From an uncultured Nitrospiraceae bacterium (GTDB lineage Bacteria > Nitrospirota > Thermodesulfovibrionia > Thermodesulfovibrionales > Dissulfurispiraceae): a stretch of 64,000 nucleotides of DNA. The position numbers were made by a program, and so were the translations under genes. Positions 22,158 through 31,522 of the stretch are shown here, in pieces. Position 1 is the first letter of the stretch. Every line of letters starts with the position of its first letter. The notes under the pieces were generated by a model, which worked only from the letters and a program-made list of their open reading frames with translations, searched no databases and was not told the origin of the DNA. The DNA lies in assembly GCA_963727805.1 (NCBI GenBank), contig CAVSHF010000003.1, positions 448,001 through 512,000 of the forward strand, read 5' to 3'.

Positions 22158-23297
22158 ATGTGCGAATCTCATAGCAATGTGCCGAAACAGAAATGCGGTA
22201 TCAAGACTATCCCTGTAACTGATGCAGTTGGTATGGCACTTGCCCATGACGTTACCGAGATCCGCAGCGGAGAATTCAAGGGGAGAGCCTATAGAAAGGG
22301 ACATATCGTCAAGAGTGAAGATATATGCCATTTGCAGAGGCTCGGGAAAGAGAACCTCTTTGTACTTAGTATCGGCGACGACGAGATGCATGAGGATGAG
22401 GCCGCTCGGACGATTGCAGAGGCTCTGATGGGGGATGGAGTCATGATACAAGGAGAGCCGAAGGAAGGAAAAATCAATATCGTTGCAAACCGGGATGGCC
22501 TTCTTAAAGTCGACAGGGAAGCGCTGCTACGTTTTAACTTGATGGGCGATGTCATGTGTGCCACTCTGCATGATAATCTGCCGGTAAAAAAAGGACAGAT
22601 CGTTGCCGGAACCCGTGCCGTTCCTCTGGTGATTAAACGTGATGTTGTGGAAAAGGCTGTTTTAGCTGCACATAACACGATTGAGGTCAGGGAAATGCGG
22701 AGGCCAAGGGTTGGAGTGGTCATTACTGGTAACGAGGTTTACTACGGTAGGATCAAGGACGGATTCGCTCCCATTATCGAAAAGAAGATCAAAGACTTAA
22801 ACGGACAGATCATAGGTATCTACTATGCTCCGGATGATGAGAAGATGATCGAGGATAGACTGACCGAACTTATTGACGCAGGCGCTGATCTTCTCATAAC
22901 GACAGGTGGAATGTCTGTCGATCCTGATGACGTTACGAGATTCGCCATAACTAAATTAGGTGTCGCTGATATGACTTACGGTTCCGCTGTGCTGCCGGGA
23001 GCAATGTTTCTTGTGGCCTATCTGGAACGGAAGCCGGAAGGCAGAAGCTCGGCGACGGAAGAAAAAGAAAATAGAAAGAATGCCCGACAAAGAAGGTATT
23101 GTCCGAAACATATTCCTATCCTCGGCATCCCTGCGTGTGGGATGTACCATAAGACGACAGTATTGGACCTCATCCTTCCAAGGATCCTTGCCGGTGAAAA
23201 GATTGGCAGGAGAGAGCTGTCTGATCTCGGCCACGGTGGGCTTTGCATGAACTGCAGTGAATGCCGGTATCCTGCGTGCTCGTTTGGCAAGGGATAG
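22158..23297 (+). CDS. Molybdopterin-binding (MoeA/MogA-like) protein
   Basis: AVGMALAHDVTEI, GVVITGNEV, TTGGMSVDPDDVT, PGAMF, GHGGLCMNCSECRYPACSFGK. AGGAGG RBS. Confidence 0.88.
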   Translation: MCESHSNVPKQKCGIKTIPVTDAVGMALAHDVTEIRSGEFKGRAYRKGHIVKSEDICHLQRLGKENLFVLSIGDDEMHEDEAARTIAEALMGDGVMIQGEPKEGKINIVANRDGLLKVDREALLRFNLMGDVMCATLHDNLPVKKGQIVAGTRAVPLVIKRDVVEKAVLAAHNTIEVREMRRPRVGVVITGNEVYYGRIKDGFAPIIEKKIKDLNGQIIGIYYAPDDEKMIEDRLTELIDAGADLLITTGGMSVDPDDVTRFAITKLGVADMTYGSAVLPGAMFLVAYLERKPEGRSSATEEKENRKNARQRRYCPKHIPILGIPACGMYHKTTVLDLILPRILAGEKIGRRELSDLGHGGLCMNCSECRYPACSFGKG

Positions 23298-23337
23298 ATT
23301 TGACAGGAGAGGTCTTTTTTGTTATTCTCATTCAATT

Positions 23338-24123
23338 ATGAAGAAATGCTTTTGCCTCTTCGTACCCTTGCTGCTATCCATTTTTCTCAGTCCTGCAGAA
23401 GCATTTGACATTAAGGGATTACAGCCCGTTCCTCCCTATGGGGTTTTTTCGACGTTCAGTGCTGAATCATTAAAGCAGAACCAGGTTGGAGTGAGCCTTG
23501 AACTGGAACGATCGGTGCACCCTGATTTCTACCGAACCACGCTGAAAGGATCATACGGCCTGCACGATTCCTTCGAGGTCCTATTTTCGGTGCCTTATGT
23601 GAGCATTAATAGGGACGGTAGCGATGGGTTAGAGGATGTTAGTTTCGGAGTTAAGCACAGACTGCTTGACGAAGCCGATTATTGGCCTGCCATCGCTTAT
23701 CTCTTGACCGTTTCCGCTCCTATGGAAAATGAAAGCATTTCGACGAACGGTAGAGTGGGTGGCGGCCTGATCTTCACTAAAAAAATCGGTCCCTTAAAGG
23801 GGCATCTGAATTTGTTGTATTTAAAGCCGGAGAGAAATGATCTAAATGACGAATATGATGTTAACATCGGCACGGAGTTGGCCGTTACTCACAACATGAC
23901 ACTCCTCGCTGAAATTGTAGGGAGAAAGGATTTTTATAAGGATAAGCTGGATTTTCTCGAATGGAAGCTTGGATACCGTATCGCAAACAGCGACAATATT
24001 TTCACCACGATAGGGGCCGGTTTTAATATAAAAGACAGGACCCCCGAATTACGGCTGCTTTTTTCCGTGAGTGCCCTCCTCCCTTTCAAGAAAACCAAGA
24101 CTCAAAAGGTCTATGAAGAGTAG
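23338..24123 (+). CDS. Exported protein, probable outer-membrane beta-barrel (MetA-pathway transporter-like)
   Basis: Signal peptide, alternating beta-strand pattern, GLEDVSFGVKHRL. Promoter TTGACA-17-TATTCT at 23300-23328. Confidence 0.6.
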   Translation: MKKCFCLFVPLLLSIFLSPAEAFDIKGLQPVPPYGVFSTFSAESLKQNQVGVSLELERSVHPDFYRTTLKGSYGLHDSFEVLFSVPYVSINRDGSDGLEDVSFGVKHRLLDEADYWPAIAYLLTVSAPMENESISTNGRVGGGLIFTKKIGPLKGHLNLLYLKPERNDLNDEYDVNIGTELAVTHNMTLLAEIVGRKDFYKDKLDFLEWKLGYRIANSDNIFTTIGAGFNIKDRTPELRLLFSVSALLPFKKTKTQKVYEE

Positions 24124-24144
24124 TTTGTGATATAATATAGATCT

Positions 24145-24555
24145 ATGTTTGATCTTGGTATTTCGGAACTCGTTGTAATTTTTGTTGTAGCTCTCCTAGT
24201 TTTCGGACCTGAAAAGTTACCGGAAATTGCGCGATCGATGGGAAAGGGCTTAGGGGAACTTAAAAAGGCGCTAGATGGAGTCAAGACGCAGATAAACTCA
24301 GAATTGCACGAGGTAAGGGATATCAAGGAGTTGAAGGACCTTGACCCGATCGCTCTCAAGAATGAATTATTCAAAAACGAAGAACTCTTCAAGATTGAAG
24401 AAGAGACAGCGCCTCCTCCGCCGCAGAAAGCTGAAGAGATAAAAGAAGTGCCCCCTGAACCCGTTCAGGTTAAAGACGATGAGAAGAGCGGACATCCCCC
24501 GAATCAGTCAAATGATCAACTCAACGTTCGGCAGGAACGTAAGGGGACAGAGTAA
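24145..24555 (+). CDS. tatB: Twin-arginine translocase TatA/TatB family subunit (TatB-like)
   Basis: MFDLGISELVVIFVVALLVFGPEKLPEIAR; adjacent to tatC. Confidence 0.85.
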   Translation: MFDLGISELVVIFVVALLVFGPEKLPEIARSMGKGLGELKKALDGVKTQINSELHEVRDIKELKDLDPIALKNELFKNEELFKIEEETAPPPPQKAEEIKEVPPEPVQVKDDEKSGHPPNQSNDQLNVRQERKGTE

Positions 24556-25344
24556 ATGGCAGATGGGAAAATGCCCCTCGTTGCCCACCTGCAAGACCTC
24601 AGAAAGAGGATAATCATATCCTTAATCGCCCTCTTGGCGGCCTTTGTTGTTGCATTCAATTATTCGGAAGAAATCTTCGGTATCCTTATGTTCCCACTCA
24701 GGTATTCCCTCGATTTCTCGGTTACCGGGATGTACGCCCAATTTGTCCCGACAGATAAACTCCATTCTACGAAACTCGTGTTTCTGGAACCTGCCGAGGC
24801 GTTCTGGATGAACATGAAGGTTGCTCTTGTAGCGGCCCTAGTTTTCTCGTTGCCGATTATTTTTCTCCAGCTATGGAAGTTCGTATCTCCGGGACTCCAG
24901 CAGAACGAAAAGAAATATGTGTTTCCTTTCGTCATTTCAGCTACCAGTCTTTTTATTGTTGGAGGTTCATTCTGTTTCGTCATTGTTCTGCCGTTTGCTC
25001 TGAGCTTTCTGCTTTCCTACAAGGTTGGGGATTTCCTCATGCCGATGCTTTCTGTCGGCAAGTATGTCGATTTTTGCCTGAAATTCATCCTTGCTTTCGG
25101 TGCGATTTTTGAACTTCCGATTATCCTGATTTTCCTTACGAGAATTGGGCTGGTAACTACGGAAACCCTTAAACGTAACAGAAAAATGGCTATTGTCCTG
25201 GCTTTTGTTGCCGGAGCTATACTAACGCCGACGCCAGATGCCTTCAATCAGACCCTCATGGCAATCCCGATCATACTGCTTTATGAACTCGGCATAATGC
25301 TCTCGGTTTTTTTTGCAAAGAGAAAAGCGCATGGCCCAGGGTAG
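24556..25344 (+). CDS. tatC: Twin-arginine translocase TatC
   Basis: MPLVAHLQDLRKR, QLWKFVSPGL, FELP, ILTPTPD, LYE. Confidence 0.96.
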   Translation: MADGKMPLVAHLQDLRKRIIISLIALLAAFVVAFNYSEEIFGILMFPLRYSLDFSVTGMYAQFVPTDKLHSTKLVFLEPAEAFWMNMKVALVAALVFSLPIIFLQLWKFVSPGLQQNEKKYVFPFVISATSLFIVGGSFCFVIVLPFALSFLLSYKVGDFLMPMLSVGKYVDFCLKFILAFGAIFELPIILIFLTRIGLVTTETLKRNRKMAIVLAFVAGAILTPTPDAFNQTLMAIPIILLYELGIMLSVFFAKRKAHGPG

Positions 25345-25603
25345 AAATTTTAAAGCTATAGCATCTGATATTACTGAGGGGTTTGTTACGATCAACCCCA
25401 TTTACCTCAAGCCCTTTGACGCGGAGTCTCTCAAGATGCTATACGAGACAATACAGCGGAAGCAGAATGAGATGAGGGCTGAACCCTTTCCTTACGGAAA
25501 TGTCGAGTTGATAAGAAAGAGGAACCTCAGACTGCAGAGGGTCTACAATGCCCAGATGCTAATTAAAAATTATGCCCGTGAGCGGCGCATCAAGATAGTT
25601 TAG
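25331..25603 (+). CDS. Small hypothetical protein (90 aa)
   Basis: ORF fills the tatC-ychF gap, overlaps the tatC end and stops at the ychF RBS. No family recognised. Confidence 0.65.
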   Translation: MAQGRNFKAIASDITEGFVTINPIYLKPFDAESLKMLYETIQRKQNEMRAEPFPYGNVELIRKRNLRLQRVYNAQMLIKNYARERRIKIV

Positions 25604-25611
25604 GAGAAAAT

Positions 25612-26709
25612 GTGAAGTTAGCTATAATAGGATTGTCGAATTCAGGAAAAACAACCGTTTTTAATGCCCTGACGGGCCAGAATATCGAAACAACGCTTTA
25701 TGCCACTGTGGCGGGAGAACCCCATTTTGGCGTTGTCAAGGTGCCTGACCAGAGAATTCAAAAACTCGCCGAAATATACAAGCCTAAGAAGGTCACCCCG
25801 GCCACAGTAGAATATGTCGATTATATCGGCCTTACCAAGGGTGATATGGTCCAGAACGGCAAGGTTTTTGATCTCATCAGGGATGCAGATGCTGTCGTCC
25901 ATGTTGTGAGGGCGTTTGCCGATCAGGTAGTTTCCCATCCGTTGAGCAGCATCGATCCTTTGCGAGATATTGAAACGGTCGAACTTGAATTCATCTTTGG
26001 AGACCTTGAGTTCGTCGATAAGCGACTTGCCAGGATGGAAGAGGGTGCTAAAAAAGGTAAGAAACCTAACGAGTCAGAAAAAAAACTCATGCTTAAATGC
26101 AAGGCGGCACTCGAAAAGGAAATACCCCTAAGGAATATTGACTTTGACGATGAGGAGCAGAAGGCCATGAAGCCCCTTCAATTCGCATCGACAAAACCTG
26201 AGATTATCGTTTTAAATGTGGGTGAAGAAGATCTTGCGTCTTCCAGGGCGAAAGAGGTTCTGGCGAACGCAGACGAGTTCATCAGGAATAAAGGTCTTTC
26301 GATGACAACCAGGGTTGTGACACTCTGTGGAAAGATCGAGATGGAGATAGCTCAGCTCACTTTGGATGAGGCAAGGGCATTTCTCGAGGACCTTGGGATT
26401 GAAGAGCCTGCCCTCTATAAACTGATAAGGGAGTCGTACACCCTTCTGGGGTTGATTTCTTTTCTTACCGCAGGCGAGGACGAAGTGAGAGCCTGGACCA
26501 TCACAAAAGGCATGCATGCTCAAAAGGCTGCGGGCAAGATCCACTCGGATATCGAGAGAGGCTTCATACGTGCCGAACTGGTAAGCTATGACGACTTTAT
26601 GGCCGACGGTAGTATGAGTGCAGCTCGTGATAAAGGTCATCTAAGACTTGAAGGCAAGACCTACGAAGTCAAGGATGGCGATATAATAAACTTCAGGTTT
26701 AACGTGTAA
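25612..26709 (+). CDS. ychF: Redox-regulated ATPase YchF
   Basis: GLSNSGKTT, FLTAGEDEVRAWT, AAGKIHSDIERGFIRAE, LEGKTYEVKDGDI. Confidence 0.95.
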   Translation: MKLAIIGLSNSGKTTVFNALTGQNIETTLYATVAGEPHFGVVKVPDQRIQKLAEIYKPKKVTPATVEYVDYIGLTKGDMVQNGKVFDLIRDADAVVHVVRAFADQVVSHPLSSIDPLRDIETVELEFIFGDLEFVDKRLARMEEGAKKGKKPNESEKKLMLKCKAALEKEIPLRNIDFDDEEQKAMKPLQFASTKPEIIVLNVGEEDLASSRAKEVLANADEFIRNKGLSMTTRVVTLCGKIEMEIAQLTLDEARAFLEDLGIEEPALYKLIRESYTLLGLISFLTAGEDEVRAWTITKGMHAQKAAGKIHSDIERGFIRAELVSYDDFMADGSMSAARDKGHLRLEGKTYEVKDGDIINFRFNV

Positions 26710-27544
26710 GGACCAGCGAAACCCAGCGTATATCGTCATAATATCTTTCTCTGAACGTTAACCCTTCTTTTTCCATTGCGGCGATCACTTCATCCTCCTG
26801 GCCGATAATCATGCCTGAGAGAAGAACAATACCCTTGTTTTTCAGTCGTGATGAAATTTCAGGAGCAATGGCGATAAGGATCTCCGACATCAGGTTCGCT
26901 GCTATCATATCGTAGGTCCCTTTTGCAACAGATATCGTGCCTTCAAGAATCGTCATGTTTGTCAACACGTTAAGGTTGACATTGCGTTTCGCTGCATCGA
27001 TGGCAAGGGGATCGATATCGACGCCAACGACTTCCCTGAACCCGAGCTTTGCTGCTCCAATTGCAAGAATGCCCGTGCCTGTGCCCACATCCAGAAAATG
27101 CTCTTTAAGACCTTCCCTAGCAAGTCGTTCGATGAGTTCAAGACATGTTTTTGTGGTGATATGATGGCCTGTGCCGAAGGCCATGCCTGGATCAATGAGC
27201 AGATTAACGCGGCCAAATCTTGATATCTCCCACGGTGGGATTATGGAAAGAGTTTCGCCGACGTCGATTGGCTGAAACTTTTTTTTCCACGATTCATTCC
27301 AATCACGTTCTGAAAGGTAGACATAGCCGAACGAAAAATCATGCATAAGACCCGAATCTTTCAGAATTGTCTTGAAGGAGGCGAAATCATCGATCAGCTT
27401 CTTTATGCCCCGATGATCAGGGAAATATATCAAGAGATAATTTTGGGTTTCCACAACTCCCAGACTGCCCGATTCATAGGCCATATTGATGATTGCATCT
27501 CTCGATTCATCCGGGATTTCGATGTTGAATTCGTAATACCCCAT
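26699..27544 (-). CDS. prmA: Ribosomal protein L11 methyltransferase
   Basis: DWNESWKKKF, IDPGMAFGTGHH, LDVGTGTGIL. RBS GAGGGGAG before ATG 27544. Confidence 0.93.
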   Translation of the reverse strand: MGYYEFNIEIPDESRDAIINMAYESGSLGVVETQNYLLIYFPDHRGIKKLIDDFASFKTILKDSGLMHDFSFGYVYLSERDWNESWKKKFQPIDVGETLSIIPPWEISRFGRVNLLIDPGMAFGTGHHITTKTCLELIERLAREGLKEHFLDVGTGTGILAIGAAKLGFREVVGVDIDPLAIDAAKRNVNLNVLTNMTILEGTISVAKGTYDMIAANLMSEILIAIAPEISSRLKNKGIVLLSGMIIGQEDEVIAAMEKEGLTFRERYYDDIRWVSLVLTR

Positions 27545-27605
27545 TTTCTCCCTCTGTAGTAAACTAATATTGTGTAATATAACTTTTGGAAGATGACGCT
27601 GACAA

Positions 27606-28928
27606 ATGAAGCTTAGGATACTCCTCGTCAATCCATGGATCTACGACTTCGCCGCTTACAATTTATGGGCGCAGCCGCTCGGACTTTTCAAAGTCGCTGA
27701 ATTCCTCAGCGCCTTCGATGTAGAACTCTCGTTCATCGACTGCACCGACTCTTTTGGGTCGCGGCATTACAGCACGGGAAGTTATCGGAGTGAAATAGTC
27801 CCGAAACCATCGGTACTAGTGGAAGTACCGAGATACTATAAAAGATACGGCATAAGTATTGATGATTTTGCGGCCCGCCTTAAGTCTAAGGGGCATTGCG
27901 ATATGGTGCTCATGACTTCGACTATGAGCTACTGGTATCCAGGAGTTCAAAAGGCGATTGAGATTATTAGAGAGGAACAAGGTTTATTACCTATAATACT
28001 GGGTGGCATTTATGCCACGCTCTACCATGAACATGCATCAGCACTATCAGGAGCTGATTTTGTTTTCAAGGGACCTTTGCATAATGGCCTGCTCTTTGCG
28101 CTTTCGACTTTCGGGTTCAAACTTAAGAAGAAAAGAGAGCAGATTCCCTACTATCGCCTCGGCCTTCATGACCGTTTCGAATATGCTCCACTGATGACTT
28201 CGGCGGGGTGTCCTTTCAGGTGCTCTTACTGCGCCTCCTCTCTTCTTGCGGATAAATATGAACGATATCCAAATGCTGTTGTTGTGCGGGATATCGTAGA
28301 ACTGTCGAACATGGGTGTCCGTGATTTCGCTTTTTATGATGATGCTCTGCTTATTGATCCGGACCTAAATATCAAGCCTTTGCTCAGGCATATTATCGCA
28401 TTGGGACGTCCAATCCGCTTGCATACACCCAATGGTATGCATGCGAAGTATATCGATGCCGAACTTGCACCCTTGATGAAAAAGGCCGGTTTCCGGACAA
28501 TACGGTTGGGCCTGGAGACTGTCAACGCAGACCTCCAGCGTGTCTCGGGCGCTAAGGTGTGCAATGACGATTTGGAAAAAGCGATAACTCTGCTCAGGGA
28601 AGCAGAATTCACTAAGAGAGAGATTGGTGTCTATATTATGTATGGACTCCCTGGGCAGAGACTTTCCGATGTGAAGGAAAGCATCACTTTTTTAAAAAGA
28701 CTCGGTGTCCGTATCAATCTCAATGAATTCACGCCGATCAAGGGAACTCAAAGCTGGAATGAGTTGATAACTCATAGAATAATAACGGATGATCTCGATC
28801 CACTCCTCTCCAATAACACGATTTTTCCGCAGCTTTATTCCGGGTATGATCGGGATGTCATCGATGCTATGAAGCTCGATGTGAAAGATTACAATGCAAA
28901 GGAGGACGGGAATATTTTCATTGACTAA
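27606..28928 (+). CDS. B12-binding-domain radical SAM protein
   Basis: LVNPWIYDF..QPLGL, ILGGIYATL, GCPFRCSYC, FYDDAL. Confidence 0.88.
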   Translation: MKLRILLVNPWIYDFAAYNLWAQPLGLFKVAEFLSAFDVELSFIDCTDSFGSRHYSTGSYRSEIVPKPSVLVEVPRYYKRYGISIDDFAARLKSKGHCDMVLMTSTMSYWYPGVQKAIEIIREEQGLLPIILGGIYATLYHEHASALSGADFVFKGPLHNGLLFALSTFGFKLKKKREQIPYYRLGLHDRFEYAPLMTSAGCPFRCSYCASSLLADKYERYPNAVVVRDIVELSNMGVRDFAFYDDALLIDPDLNIKPLLRHIIALGRPIRLHTPNGMHAKYIDAELAPLMKKAGFRTIRLGLETVNADLQRVSGAKVCNDDLEKAITLLREAEFTKREIGVYIMYGLPGQRLSDVKESITFLKRLGVRINLNEFTPIKGTQSWNELITHRIITDDLDPLLSNNTIFPQLYSGYDRDVIDAMKLDVKDYNAKEDGNIFID

Positions 28929-28966
28929 AAAGTGCAGTTCTGCTAATTTAAGAATAACTTTCGACG

Positions 28967-29015
28967 GGCGATGGAGTTCGCCTTTAACCGTCCTCTGAGG
29001 ACTGATAACTCCTAC
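28967..29015 (+). ncRNA. Fluoride riboswitch (crcB motif)
   Basis: GGCGATGGAGTTCGCC-tttaacc-GTCCTCtGAGGAC-TGATAACTCCTAC matches the aptamer pattern, and crcB lies downstream. Promoter TTGACT-17-TAATTT at 28921-28949. Confidence 0.93.
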
Positions 29016-29043
29016 TCTCATCTTGAAGGGTAGGAGTTTTTTT
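29007..29043 (+). terminator. Riboswitch expression-platform terminator
   Basis: AACTCCTAC...GTAGGAGTT plus T-tract, overlapping the aptamer 3' pseudoknot strand. Confidence 0.85.
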
Positions 29044-29079
29044 CTGCCCACTACTGAGACGACATGAGGAGGCTGCATC

Positions 29080-30282
29080 ATGTATGAAGTATGGGGTACA
29101 GCTGCACTCTGGTTAGGTCTTGCCCTTCTTGCAACACTCTTATCGATCTGGCTTCGCATTGCAACGGCATTGTCCGAAATCATTGTTGGAACGGTCGCTC
29201 AGCTTCTTATCGGGGCTCTGATAGGAACTACGCTCGGCTCTGATCAGCCGTGGATCAAGTTTCTCTCTGGTACTGGAGCCATTGTTCTTACCTTCCTGGC
29301 CGGCTCAGAACTAGATCCCGTAATTTTTCGTGCCAAGTGGAAAGAGGCAACCGCTATCGGCTTTATCTCTTTCCTGGCGCCCTTTCTCGGTTGCACGGCA
29401 GCAGCGTTCTACGTGCTTGATTGGACCGTTCGCTCAAGCTGGCTGGCAGGAGTTGCACTGTCAACAACATCGGTGGCTGTGGTGTATGCGGTCATGCTTG
29501 AGCTTGGACTGAACAAAACAGAGTTTGGCAAGACAATTCTTGCCGCCTGTTTTGTGACCGACCTCGGTACTGTTGTTGCTCTCGGTCTCATCTTTGCCCC
29601 GTTTACTATAAAAACTGTAATATTCATAGTGGTAAGCGTTTTTGTTTTCACGCTATTACCCTATGTTACGCCGCGATTCTTTAAGAAATACGGGAACAGG
29701 CCCTCTGAACTCGAAGCGAAATATCTTCTCCTGATCTTGTTCGGTATGGGTTCCCTGGCTGCCTGGTCCGAAAGCGAAGCCGTGTTACCGGCCTATATCA
29801 TAGGCATGGTTCTGGCCGGAACTGTCGGGAGGGATCACATCCTGGTCCGTCGTTTGAGGACCCTCACCTTCGGCCTGCTGACGCCTTTCTATTTTATTAG
29901 GGCCGGCTCATACGTCTCCATTTCCGCTGTTATCATGGCGCCATTTGCGCTATTCGTACTTTTTGGTTCCAAGATGATTACCAAGATCCTCGGCATATAC
30001 CCTGTAACCAAAGGCTATAAATATGCCCAGAAAGAGGGGATTTATACAACGCTTCTCATGTCCACGGGTTTAACATTCGGATCTATATCGGCTTTGTTTG
30101 GACTTACTCATGGTATCATTGATCAGCGGCAATACTCCCTGTTAATCGTGGCTGTCATTGCGAGCGCAGTTGTTCCTACCATAATTGCGAATGCTTTTTT
30201 TATTCCCAAGTATTTGTTGTCTACAAGGGACGATGCTGCCAACAAGATAAAATCAGAGGGAGCGTCACGGGATGACCATTAA
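29080..30282 (+). CDS. Cation:proton antiporter (CPA2/Na+/H+ exchanger family)
   Basis: Many hydrophobic segments, LTFLAGSELD, ALSTTSVAVV, VTDLGTV. GAGGAGG RBS. Confidence 0.9.
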   Translation: MYEVWGTAALWLGLALLATLLSIWLRIATALSEIIVGTVAQLLIGALIGTTLGSDQPWIKFLSGTGAIVLTFLAGSELDPVIFRAKWKEATAIGFISFLAPFLGCTAAAFYVLDWTVRSSWLAGVALSTTSVAVVYAVMLELGLNKTEFGKTILAACFVTDLGTVVALGLIFAPFTIKTVIFIVVSVFVFTLLPYVTPRFFKKYGNRPSELEAKYLLLILFGMGSLAAWSESEAVLPAYIIGMVLAGTVGRDHILVRRLRTLTFGLLTPFYFIRAGSYVSISAVIMAPFALFVLFGSKMITKILGIYPVTKGYKYAQKEGIYTTLLMSTGLTFGSISALFGLTHGIIDQRQYSLLIVAVIASAVVPTIIANAFFIPKYLLSTRDDAANKIKSEGASRDDH

Positions 30283-30300
30283 GAAGAGGAGGATACCACA

Positions 30301-30723
30301 GTGAAGAAAATACTCATTGCTTTTGACGGATCAGAGCAGTCGTATCAGGCATTTGACTTTGCGCTCGACATGGCAAAAATGTGTCCCGGCGCCGCGATCA
30401 ATATCTTCGTACTGTCGGTTTTGCAACCGCCAGAGCTCATCGAACTCGTTGAAATGGATGCTCTCATCGAAAATGCTACTGAACATTATGAAGAGCTTTT
30501 TAAAGTCCTTCGGGAACGGGCAAAAAAGCGCGATATCGACATCAACACTGAAATCGCGATCGGCCATCCAGCGGACCAGATCGTCCGGTATGCCACCGAA
30601 CATGGATGTGATATGATTATAGTCGGTCAGCGTGGAAAATCCAAGATCGAGAGCTGGTTGCTCGGATCGGTCTCAAAGCGAGTTGCAACCCACTCGCTTT
30701 GCACTGTTATCATTGTTAAGTGA
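30301..30723 (+). CDS. Universal stress protein
   Basis: KKILIAFDGSEQS, GHPADQIV, IIVGQRG, LLGSVS. Confidence 0.93.
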   Translation: MKKILIAFDGSEQSYQAFDFALDMAKMCPGAAINIFVLSVLQPPELIELVEMDALIENATEHYEELFKVLRERAKKRDIDINTEIAIGHPADQIVRYATEHGCDMIIVGQRGKSKIESWLLGSVSKRVATHSLCTVIIVK

Positions 30724-30727
30724 TCGC

Positions 30728-31111
30728 ATGGAGATGGTTCGAAACGGGCTTATTGTCGGCATCGGAGGATTTATTGGCGCTATTGTCCGATATGCGCTCG
30801 CAATGTGGATTGGCCAGACATGGGGACGGTCTTTTCCCCTCGGGACCTTTGTGATTAATGTAAGCGGCAGTTTTCTGATCGGTTTGCTCATGACATTGTT
30901 TGCCGAACGATATACAGTTGATCCTGCGTGGCGTCTTCTTTTCGTTGTCGGATTTCTTGGCGCGTATACTACCTTCTCGACGTTTGAATATGAGACTGGT
31001 AAACTCATAAAAGACAGTGAATGGCTTTTTGCGGCAATGAATGTCATTTTAAGTGTAGTTCTGGGTTTTGTAGCACTAAAATTCGGCGAAGTGCTTGCCA
31101 AAATCATATAG
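30728..31111 (+). CDS. crcB: Fluoride channel Fluc/CrcB
   Basis: GGFIGAIVRY, FPLGTFVINVSG, GFLGAYTTFSTF. Confidence 0.96.
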   Translation: MEMVRNGLIVGIGGFIGAIVRYALAMWIGQTWGRSFPLGTFVINVSGSFLIGLLMTLFAERYTVDPAWRLLFVVGFLGAYTTFSTFEYETGKLIKDSEWLFAAMNVILSVVLGFVALKFGEVLAKII

Positions 31112-31122
31112 GAGAGAAAGCC

Positions 31123-31461
31123 ATGGTGAAGACAGGTCCTGCAAAAAAACTGACTATCTATGTCGATGAGGTCGACAAGATTGGGGGGAAGCCTGTTTAT
31201 GAGGTGTTGCTGGATATATTCTTTAAAAAGAAGATAGCCGGCGTCAGCGTCTTTAGGGGCGTTGCAGGGTATGGGAGCGACGGGGTTTTCCACACTTCAA
31301 AGCTGCTCGAACTTTCAACCTCACTACCCGTCAAACTTGAGGTAGTCGATTCATCAGTGAATATCGATGGGATTATACCTCATGTTTTAGATATCGTTGA
31401 AAAGGGACTCATCGAAGTGAGCGACACCTATGTCGTTAAATGCTGCGAGAAGAAACCGTAA
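31123..31461 (+). CDS. DUF190 (PII-like) protein
   Basis: LTIYVDE, AGVSVFRGVAGYG, LSTSLPVKLEVVD; usual neighbour of crcB. Confidence 0.9.
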   Translation: MVKTGPAKKLTIYVDEVDKIGGKPVYEVLLDIFFKKKIAGVSVFRGVAGYGSDGVFHTSKLLELSTSLPVKLEVVDSSVNIDGIIPHVLDIVEKGLIEVSDTYVVKCCEKKP

Positions 31462-31522
31462 CGTTTACGCTAAGGTGATATGAATTTCGAAAAAGGTGCT
31501 GGCCGTAGGAAAGGATGCATAT

